DNA of 64,000 nucleotides from an uncultured Acidobacteriota bacterium (GTDB taxonomy: Bacteria; Acidobacteriota; Vicinamibacteria; Fen-336): assembly GCA_963823195.1 (NCBI GenBank), contig CAWGKR010000004.1, positions 314,281 to 378,280 of the forward strand, in the 5' to 3' direction. The notes under the pieces are model-generated. The model saw only the letters and a program-made list of their open reading frames with translations, was not told where the DNA came from and searched no databases. This document shows positions 54,456 through 64,000 of the stretch, piece after piece. The stretch's first letter is position 1. Every line of letters begins with the position of its first letter. The translations under genes were made by a program, and so were the position numbers.

Positions 54456-57417
54456 GTGACCGAACCCATCCCGCCCGCTCGACCGCCGGCGTTCCGCGGC
54501 GGGCGCGCCCAGGACTTCCACGACCTGATGCGCTTCCGCATCATGGACATCCTCCTCGTGGCGAGCCCCTACGACCGGTTTCTCCTCGAGGAGGCCGGGG
54601 AGATCAACGAGCGCGTCCTGGGAGAGTTCCGCAACCTGGACCTCCACTACAGCCCGGGGCTGACGACGGTCTCGACCGGGGCCGAGGCCCTGGAGCTGGT
54701 CCGCCTCCAGCGGCGGTTCAACCTGATCATCGCGACACCCCACGTGGGGGACATGACGGTCACGGAGCTGGCCCGCCGCGTCCGCGAGGAAGGGCTCGAC
54801 GTTCCGGTCGTGCTCCTCGCCTACGACAGCCGCGACCTCAAGGATTGGCGGGCCGGCGGCTCGCGCCATCGAGCGGGCCTTCCTCTGGCAGGGCGACGCC
54901 CGCATCCTCCTGGCCATCGTCAAGTACGTGGAGGACAAGCGGAACGCCGACCACGACATGCGCTCGGTGGGCGTCCAGTCGATCCTCCTGGTCGAGGACA
55001 GCGTCCCGTACTACTCGTCGTTCCTGCCCGCGATCTACGCCGAGTTGCTCCACCACTCGCGGCGGCTCGTGGCCGAGGGACAGAACCTGTCGCAGAAGAT
55101 CCTGCGCATGCGCGCGCGTCCCAAGATCCTCCTCTGCAGCACGTTCGAGGAGGCCTGGGCGGCCTTCGAGTCCCACGAGAAGGACATCCTCGGCCTCATC
55201 TCCGACATCGAGTTCCCGAAGGAGGGCGCCTGGTCTCCGGAGGCCGGGCTGGAGCTGGCCCGGCGCGTGAGGGCGGAATGGCCCGACGTGCCCATCCTCC
55301 TCCAGTCCTCGCGCCCGGAGAACGAGAGCGTGGCACGCGGCGAGCGGCTGCGAGTTCCTGTTGAAGGGCTCGCCGACGCTGCTCAACGACCTCCGCGACT
55401 TCATGCTGAACAACTTCGGCTTCGGCGACTTCGTCTTCCGCCTCCCCGACGGCGTCCGAGGTCGATCGGGCCGAGGACCTGCGCGACCTGGAGGAGAAGC
55501 TCCTCACGGTCCCCGCGGAGAGCATCGCGTTCCACGCCGAGGGCAACCATTTCTCGAAATGGCTCAAGGCGCGCACCGAGTTCGCCCTGGCCCACGAGCT
55601 CAGGCCCCGCACGCTGTCGGACTACGAGGGCGTCGAGGGGCTGCGGCGCAGCCTCATCGATTCGATCGCGAGCTACCGCCGCAAGCTGAACCAGGCGGTC
55701 GTGGCCGATTTCGACCGCGAGACGTTCGACGCCTCGGGGGACTTCTACCGGATCGGCGGCGGCTCGATCGGCGGAAAGGCCCGCGGCCTGGCATTCGCGC
55801 GGATCCTCATCGGCGACTCCGGTCTCGCGCGGCGCTTCGCCGGGGTGGAGGTCTCGGTGCCGTCGACCGTCGTGGTGGGCACCGACGCCTTCGACCGATT
55901 CCTCGACTCGAACGACCTCCGTGACGTTGCGCTCTCCACCGACGACGACGGGGCGATCCGGTCGCGCTTCCTGAGGGCCGCGTTTCCCCAGGACACCACG
56001 GAGGACCTGCGCGCGTTCCTCTCCCACGTCCGCCACCCCATCGCCGTCCGGTCGTCGAGCCTCCTCGAGGACTCCCAGTACCAGCCCTTCAGCGGCGTCT
56101 ACCAGACGTTCATGCTTCCCAACAACGATCCCACCCCGACGTGCGCCTCGACCACCTCGTGAGGGCCATCAAGGGCGTCTACGCGTCGACGTTCTCCCAG
56201 AGCGCCAAGGCGTATCTCCGCGCGACGCCGTATCGCCTCGAGGAAGAGAAGATGGCGATCGTCCTCCAGGAGGTCGTGGGGGCGGCCCACGGCGAGCGCT
56301 TCTACCCGGACTTCGCCGGGGTCGGGCGTTCCCACAACTTCTACCCGACCGAGCCGCTGAAGGCGCAGGACGGGATCGTGGCCGTGGCCCTGGGCCTCGG
56401 GAAGACCGTCGTGGAGGGGGGTGCCAGCCTGCGCTTCTGCCCGCGCTATCCGAACCACCTTCTCCAGTTCTCCGCCGTCACCGACGTCCTGCGGAACTCA
56501 CAGCGGGAGTTCTGGGCCCTGCGCCTCTCGTCGCGCTACGGGGCCGACGGTGAGGCGGCCGAGGGGCGCTTCGATCTCGAGTCGGCGGAGGCCGACGGCA
56601 CGCTCCATGCGGTGGGCTCCACCTACTCGCGGGAGAACGACGCGATCTACGACGGCCTCTCGCGGCCCGGCACGCGCGTCGTCAGCTTCGCCCCGATCCT
56701 CAAGCACGAGACGTTCCCCCTGGCGAACGTCATCAAGGCACTCATGGAGATGGGGGAGTGGGGGATGAACGCGCCGGTCGAGATCGAGTTCGCCGTGAAC
56801 CTGAGGGTTCCCCGCGGCGCGCCGAAGCAGTTCGCCTTCCTCCAGATGCGGCCCCTGGCGCTCTCGCGGGAGGGAGAGGAGCTGGACCTGGGGGACGTGG
56901 ACTCGGAGCGGGCGCTCTGCCACAGCGCGAACGTGCTCGGGAACGGCCGTATCGACAACGTCCGCGACCTCGTCGTCGTGGACGCGGATCGCTTCGACCG
57001 CGCGCGCAGCGCCGACGCCGCCCAGGAGATCGCCCAGTTGAACGCCGCCCTCGCCGGGGAGGGGACGCCGTACTTCCTGATCGGCGTGGGTCGCTGGGGG
57101 TCGCGCGATCCCTGGCTCGGGATCCCGGTCACGTGGGACCAGATCTCGGGGGCGCGAGCCATCGTCGAAACCGGCTTCAAGGACCTCCACGTGACGCCGT
57201 CGCAGGGGAGCCACTTCTTCCAGAACATCGTCTCGTTCAACGTGGGCTACTTCACCGTCAACCCGGGCGTCGGCAGCGACAGGATCGACTGGGAGTGGCT
57301 CGCCGCCCAGCCGGCGCGTCCGCGAGACCTCCTGCGTCCGCCACCTGCGCTTCGAGGACCCGGTCGTCGTGAAGATGAACGGCAAGAAGAACGAGGGCGT
57401 GATCCTGAAGCCCTGAG
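54456..57417 (+). CDS. response-regulator receiver domain(s) fused to a PEP/pyruvate-binding domain (PEP-synthase/PPDK N-terminal-like); about 4-5 frameshifts
   Basis: Follows gdhA by 10 bp. Receiver-like segment SILLVEDSVPYYSSFLPAIY...ILGLISDIEFP (the Asp acceptor context DxxxP is degenerate/atypical). The PPDK_N-like region has the ...YRIGGGSIGGKARGLAF..., ...VRSSSLLEDSQYQPFSGVYQTFMLPN..., ...AIVLQEVVGAA...GVGRSHNFYP... and ...YFLIGVGRWGSRDPWLGIPVTWDQISGARAIVE blocks. Confidence 0.7.
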
Positions 57418-57464
57418 CCCCGGGAGCGTCCCAGGGCCCCGCGCATCATCGCTCTCGCCTGCCT

Positions 57465-60400
57465 CTACTCCGCCGATGGCTTCAGGACGACCTCCGCGCT
57501 TGCGGTTCCGCCGCTCGGAATGTTGACCGTGACCGTTCCCTGCAGCTTTTCTTTCGCCACGTTGATTTCGTCGGCGCCCGCGGGCAGGGTGAGGAGCAGC
57601 ATTCCGAGCGCATCGCTCGTGGCCATGCCCTCCATGGCCTCGTTGTCGACGGGAACGCCATCGACCCTGCGAAGCTCGGCGCGGGCGCGCGAGAGGGGCA
57701 GACCGTCCGGGCCACGAACGCGAAGGCGCGCCTGGCCGCCCGGCTGCAGGGCCAACGTCACGTTGCTCGTCCCGGCGCTGACGCCGCTTCGGACGGCGAA
57801 GCCCGCCAGGCTCGATCCGGCGAACAGCGTGTAGGCTCGGGCCACGAGGCCCTTCGCCTGGAACGAGCCGTCCGAGAGCGTCACCAGGAACTCCCCGTAT
57901 CCTCCGTCGGACGGAGTGTGTACGGACACGGGGCAGCCTCCGGCGGGGCGCCCTCCGGCGTCCACGACCCGCCCAGCGATGGTCAGGCCGCGGGCCAGGG
58001 CCAGCCGCACCTCCGCGCCCCCCTCGCCGATCGTGATGTCTTGGCGGCTGTCGGCGTACCCGTCGGCGCTAGCCCTGGCCGTGTATTCGCCCGGAAGAGC
58101 GTCCACTTGAAAGCGTCCATCGGCGCCCGTCACGGCGCCCCTGAATCGGCTCCTATCGCGTTCCTTGGAGCTCAGGCTCACGTCGGCCTTGGCCACCGGA
58201 GAGTCATCGGCCTTCGCGACCACGATCCCGGTTACAGGAACACCACCCACGTCGACGTCGAAGACGAACGTGTCGGCATCGGGGACGTCGACCTGCCGCG
58301 TGCCCAGGTAGGCCCCGCCGGTGATCGCCCTGGTGGACAGGTGGTAGCGTCCCGGCGAACCCACGAGCAACGCATAGGTCCCGTCTTCGCTCGTCGTCCC
58401 CGTGCCGAGCTGCGGCCCTGTGGGTGCGGCGATCACTTCGCCAGCCCCCGCGCCGGAGGAGATCCGAACGCCGCCTTCCCCACGCATGTCCAGCCGCAGC
58501 CCGGAGGCCGGTGCGCCGCCACGTGTGACGCGGCCGGAGACCAGGATCTCGCGGGACACGAACTCGACGGGCGTGGTCTCTCCCTCGCGCACGTCGATCT
58601 CGAGGGTCTGCACGCTCTGGTAGCGTCCCTCCGAGCCCGCCATCAAGCCCACGACCACGTGCCCGGCGCGCACGTGATCGATGGCGAAGGTTCCGTCCGC
58701 GGCCACGGGCGTCATGCCCGAGGACCATAGGATGTCGCGGTCCTCGGGAAGGACGGGCCTGACCCGAATACCGGCCCCGACGATCGGGCCACCGTCCCGC
58801 TTGTGCGCGGTTCCCTCGATGCGCCCGCCGGCCGCGAGGACGATCTTTGTCTCCACGGGAGGCTTCGTCGGATCCACGTCGACCCCCGCGACGTAGCCCT
58901 CCGCGTAGCTCGGATGCGCGGCAGTGAGGTCGACCTTGCCGGTGGGCAGGCCGCGGACCTCGAACGCTCCCTGGCCGTCGGTCTGGGTTCCCTTCTCGCC
59001 GTAGTCTTGGAGGTCCGGCACCCTGACACTCACCGTCGCCCCAGCGATCGAGCGTTCCCTCCGTGGAGGTGACGGTGCCCCGCACGGTGCCTCCGCTCCC
59101 CAGTCGTACCCGCCCCACGTCGGTGACGGACCCAGCCGAGACGCGCACGTCGGAGACGGCGGCAGACGAGTATTGGCTGGCGGAGATCTCGACGACGTGG
59201 GTTCCCGTGCCGACGTCCTCGATCGTGAAGCGCCCGTCGTCGCTGACGACGTCCTTCTCGACCTCCTCTGCATCCCAGGCGGAGCCCGCCTTGGACCGCG
59301 CGACGACTCGGAAGGCATCGATGGGCTTGCCGGCATCGTCGACCACCGTCCCCGAGATGGAGCCCCCCGCGTCGAGCACGATGTCGGCGCCGGTCGTGCC
59401 CGCCTCCACAGTCAGGGTCTTCTTGGCGAACCCGGGGGCGGAGGCGAAGATGTTGTAGGTGCCCGCCTCCAGGCCCGGGAGGGTGTACGAACCGTCGCCG
59501 TCCGACCGGGCCTCCGGGCGGGCCCGCGAGGCCCCACGGTTGTTGAAGGCAACGAGGCGCACGTCGGCGATTCCCGCACCCGCGCGGTCGCGCACGCGCC
59601 CCTCGATGGTGATCCCGGCTTCCAGGGCGACGTCGCCGACGTCGTTGGGCGCTCCGTCCCCCCGCACGTCGACCTCGATGCGCGCCGGCGCCAGCCCACG
59701 AGCGGTCGCGACGAGGACCACCGGGCCGGACGGAACGTCTTCGATCTGGAACCGGCCATCCGCGGCGGTGTCGGCCCGGACGATCTCCTGGACGTCCTCG
59801 GGGAGGATGCCGCCCGCGGCTTCCTGGAGCCGTACCCGGCCGACCACCGGATGGTCGGAGCCCGTGACGAGACGCCCCACGACCCTTCCGCCGTTTCGCA
59901 AGGTCACGTCGGCGCGCGTCTCTCCCTCGGATCCGACGACGACACCGGCAGCGATCCCTGGGGATAGCCCCGGGACTCGGGCGACGACGGTGTACATGCC
60001 GGGGTCGAGTCCCAGGAGGTCGAAGCGCCCGTCGGCGTCGGTCACTTGCGGAGACGAACTGGACCGGCGCTGGCTCGCCCTCGCTTGAACCACCGCGCCC
60101 GAAATGGGCTTGGCGTCGGGGCCGAGGACAGAGCCTCCGATGGACGCTCCAGCGAACAGGAAAAGGTCCAGCGGGCGCCCGGGCCTGACTCCATCCCGGC
60201 GGGCCAATCCGTAGCCGCGCGCCTCGGCGCCGACGACGTACGTCCCTGGGCCGAGTCCCTCCAGGCGGAAGCGGCCCTTGGCGTCCGTCGTGGATCGAAC
60301 ACTTCCGGCCTCGGGGTCCCAGGGCAGGGGCCGGTCCGCGGCGCGATCCGAGCCGGCCCTCACGCGGACGCCGGGCACGGTCGACCCGCGTGACGCCATC

Positions 60401-60833
60401 ACGCACCGTGCCTTCGATCACGCCCCCCTGGCGAGCTGTACTTCCAGCGGCACCGATGGTTGCCACTTCTCGAACCGCGAATCGCGAGGCCCTGCTTCTC
60501 GACCCGGACGTCGAGCGGCGTCGCCTTCTTGACCACGAGCTTGAAGCGGCCCTGCGCATCCGTCTTGGTACTCAGGGGCGTACGCTCGTTCGAGCCGACG
60601 GGCGCAGCGACGATCAAGGCGCCTTCGAGCGGCTTGCCGTCGGGCCCCTTCACTGTGCCCACCAGCACGGGAGGTGGCGCGGGGGAAGGCGAGGGCGACG
60701 GCTTCGCCACAACCGATGTCGGTACAGGCTTCTTGACCGGTGCGGACTGGAAGCCGGTGAGCAGCAACGCCGAAGCCACGAGCCCCAGGAAGCGTCGCAT
60801 GGTGGGAACAGCGCCGACGCTACCAGCGGCCAT
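57465..60833 (-). CDS. giant secreted protein composed of about 10 carboxypeptidase-regulatory-like (CarbopepD_reg, transthyretin-fold) repeats; about 2-3 frameshifts
   Basis: Signal peptide MRRFLGLVASALLLTGFQSAP. Recurring repeats GxVxDxxGxPLxGAxVxA...TDAxGRFxLxGLxPGxYxV (e.g. GTVKGPDGKPLEGALIVAAP...TDAQGRFKL; GSVLGPDAKPISGAVVQARA...TDADGRFDLLGLDPGMYTVVA; GRVRDRAGAGIADVRLVAF...SDGDGSYTLPGLEAGTYNIFA; GRVVDAGGRPAGGCPVSV...). Confidence 0.7.
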
Positions 60834-60921
60834 GGAGCCCTGTCAACGCAAAACGTGCCCGACCGGAACGTCTCTTCCGCGAGCTCGAGGGGCGCAGTGG
60901 GGCGCCCCTCGAGAGAAGCCG

Positions 60922-62007
<1,086 letters not shown>

Positions 62008-62239
62008 GATCACTCCTCTTCTCGCTGCCGAGTCCTCACTCCGCGGCCGGGGGGCTCGGCAAGGGGTTGCCCCCGACCTGCGGATCCTACCGGCGACCCC
62101 GGCCCGACGGGGTCCGTTCGCGAGAGAAATAGTGCGGCCCGGCGATTGTCCCCGTCCGAGGACGGAGCTGCTCGACAAGCGGATTCGATAAGCCGATATC
62201 AGTCAATAAGTTGGGGCCGCCTCGGCCGGGGCATGACCC

Positions 62240-62731
62240 TTGATAGAATCCATCACGATGGGCCTGACTGCGCTGGTTCTCGCCTCGGTGACGCTCTCGG
62301 TGCCGTTCGTGCCCCAGGAGAAGGACACCTGTGCCGCCGCGTCCCTCGCCATGGTCCTTCGCTACTGGAAGGCCGACCTTCCCCAGGCCGAGATCGCGGA
62401 GGCCCTTCTCCAGCCGGAGCTTCACGGGATCCTGGGCTCGCGTCTCGAGGCCTTCGCCCGCGAGCGTGGCTTCACGGCCATCGCCTACGCCGGCGACCTG
62501 CCGCAGCTGCGCGACTACCTCGCCAAGGGACGGCCGCTCATCGTGGCGTGGAAGGTGGGCCGGGACCGCTTCCACAACGTCGTGGTGGTCGGCACGGACG
62601 AGGCGAGCGGCGACATCGTGGTGAACGACCCCGGGGAAGGGGCCTCGCGCCGCGTCGCAAGCGCGGTCTTCGAAAAGCGCTGGGCGGGCGCGGGGCACTG
62701 GACGCTCCTGGTCCTTCCGGCGGATCGTTGA
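62240..62731 (+). CDS. peptidase C39-like (papain-fold) domain protein with N-terminal signal/TM segment
   Basis: MGLTALVLASVTLSVPFVPQEKDTCAAASLAMVLRYW (Gln...Cys nucleophile context) and downstream His in RFHNVVVVGTDEASGDIVVNDP, consistent with a C39-like Cys/His dyad. Confidence 0.55.
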   Translation: MIESITMGLTALVLASVTLSVPFVPQEKDTCAAASLAMVLRYWKADLPQAEIAEALLQPELHGILGSRLEAFARERGFTAIAYAGDLPQLRDYLAKGRPLIVAWKVGRDRFHNVVVVGTDEASGDIVVNDPGEGASRRVASAVFEKRWAGAGHWTLLVLPADR

Positions 62732-64000
62732 TCGCCTTCTCTCTCGTCCTGGCGGCCGCGATCCTCGGGTCGCCGCCGAGCGACGAGAGCTACGAAGTCC
62801 TCGTCGCCCGCGGGCTGTCCATGGGGAAGGCGGGGCAGCTCGAGGAGGCACGCCACGTCTTCGACGACGCCATCGCGCTCGATCCGGCGCGCCCCGAGGC
62901 CTGGGTCGAGCGCGGGGGGCTGAGCTTCCTCGAGAAGAGGTACGAAGAGGCGGCGGGCGATCTGCGGGAAGGCCTGGCGCGAAAGGAAGACGAGTACACA
63001 CGCGACCTTCTCGCCTCGTCCCTGCAGCTGGCCGGCCGCGGCGACGAGGCCCTTGCCGTGTGGAACCGGCTGGGGCGGCCTCGCCTGACGGCCCTCGAGA
63101 TCAGCGGCCTCGTCCACACGAGGGACGGCGTCGCGCGGCGCGAGGTGGGGCTCGGAGAAGGGGACGTCGTCACCCTCGCTCGCGTGCGGGAAGCGAGGCT
63201 GCGCCTCGGCGAGCTGGGAATCTTCGATCGCGTGACGGTGCGGCCGGTGCCGCTCGGCGACGGCCGGGCCGAGCTCGACGTCGCCCTCATCGAACGATAC
63301 GGGTTCTTCCGCACGCCGGTGGACCTCGGCCTGAACGTCGGCACAAACCTGCTCTACAAGCGCCTGCGTCCCCGCTTCGCCAACGTGGCCGGAACCGGCC
63401 TCACCGTGGGCGGCCAGTTCCGGTGGGAGGAGAACCGCCCCGACCTTTCCGTCTTCATGGACTGGCCGCGGCCTCTCGGCCTCGATGCCACGGTCCATGT
63501 CGGGGCCTTCAAGGGGGAGCAGCTCTACGAGGTAGGGGATCCGCTGAACCGCAGGTCCCATGGCCTGGACTTGAGCGTGCGCCACGTCCTCGGCGGCCGC
63601 TTCGTGGGCCAGATGGCCTTCCGGACGCGCGACCGCACCTTCTCGCGCCCCGACCCCGCGGCGCCCCCGGGCCGGATCATCGGCCTCGAGGCGGGGATCG
63701 ACCGGCGCTTCGTCGAGACGCCCCGGCAGCGCCTGGAGGCCTCCGCGCGTGTGTTCGCGGCCGGAGACGCGCTGGGCTCCGACCTGGCGTTTGGCCGCGC
63801 CCTCGTCACCGCGTCCTACAAGCTGTCCCTGAGCCCGCCCGAGGGGACGCTGTTCGAGAGATCGCTCCTCGCCGTCCAGGTTCATTGGGGACGGGGGAGC
63901 GACGCGACGCCGATCGACGAGATGTTCGCGCCCGGCGGTAGCCCCGAGATGGAGCTGCCTCTCCGCGCGCACCAGCAGACGCACGACGGCACGCTCGGTG
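62728..64000 (+). CDS. outer-membrane protein with signal peptide, TPR segment, POTRA-like domain and Omp85-superfamily beta-barrel (partial; runs off the window). Putative TTG start overlaps the upstream TGA (TTGA).
   Basis: (M)IAFSLVLAAAILG signal. TPR-like ...GKAGQLEEARHVFDDAIALDPARPEAWVERGGLSFLEKRYEEAAGDL.... POTRA-like LTALEISGLVHTRDGVARREVGLGEGDVVTLARVREARLRLGELGIFDRVTVRPV. Then alternating-pattern beta-strands to the window edge. Start codon uncertain. Confidence 0.55.
   Translation, partial: MIAFSLVLAAAILGSPPSDESYEVLVARGLSMGKAGQLEEARHVFDDAIALDPARPEAWVERGGLSFLEKRYEEAAGDLREGLARKEDEYTRDLLASSLQLAGRGDEALAVWNRLGRPRLTALEISGLVHTRDGVARREVGLGEGDVVTLARVREARLRLGELGIFDRVTVRPVPLGDGRAELDVALIERYGFFRTPVDLGLNVGTNLLYKRLRPRFANVAGTGLTVGGQFRWEENRPDLSVFMDWPRPLGLDATVHVGAFKGEQLYEVGDPLNRRSHGLDLSVRHVLGGRFVGQMAFRTRDRTFSRPDPAAPPGRIIGLEAGIDRRFVETPRQRLEASARVFAAGDALGSDLAFGRALVTASYKLSLSPPEGTLFERSLLAVQVHWGRGSDATPIDEMFAPGGSPEMELPLRAHQQTHDGTLG

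Overview
This is a high-GC (about 68-70%) window, probably from an Acidobacteriota-like genome. That guess is inferred from family content: a TIGR03118-like protein, a giant protein built of carboxypeptidase-regulatory-like repeats, Ser/Thr kinase-TolB propeller fusions, and DUF2950/DUF3300/DUF3500 genes. The window is densely coding and mostly core or housekeeping. I can support about 45 protein genes and 2 tRNAs (Leu-CAG, Phe-GAA).

Main contents, in order: P5C dehydrogenase (partial), alpha-carbonic anhydrase, RNase R, a Ser/Thr kinase, SelB with a translationally coupled PilZ gene, the pdhA-pdhB-E2 operon, and an amidohydrolase. A large NAD-specific glutamate dehydrogenase sits divergently next to an FHA-domain gene whose product appears fused to a membrane anchor and a pilin-like periplasmic domain. 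Further along are a CocE/NonD hydrolase, an alpha/beta hydrolase, a second Ser/Thr kinase fused to a TolB-like propeller, a DUF2950-DUF3300 pair, a sensor GGDEF-EAL protein, and an mdtABC-like operon (membrane fusion protein plus two tandem RND pumps with overlapping stop/start codons). The window ends with a ferredoxin-gdhA-receiver/PEP-binding operon, recA followed by a giant carboxypeptidase-regulatory-repeat protein, and a C39-like peptidase gene overlapping a TPR/POTRA/Omp85-like outer-membrane protein gene.

Caveat: roughly 40-45 frameshifts interrupt long, obviously conserved genes (NAD-GDH has about 8; both RND pumps, PDH E1, RNase R, CocE, the receiver-PEP protein and others are affected), while other long genes are clean. 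The most likely cause is indel error in the assembly rather than real pseudogenes, so I call affected genes CDS with frameshift notes.

No CRISPR array, integrase, transposase or recognisable defence system was seen. The most novel-looking items are the FHA-TM-pilin-like fusion beside NAD-GDH, two low-GC or atypical-codon patches flanking the GGDEF-EAL gene (one with a small Cys-rich ORF, one a 660-bp spacer with a small ORF and strong inverted repeats), and the C39-like/Omp85-like pair at the window end.
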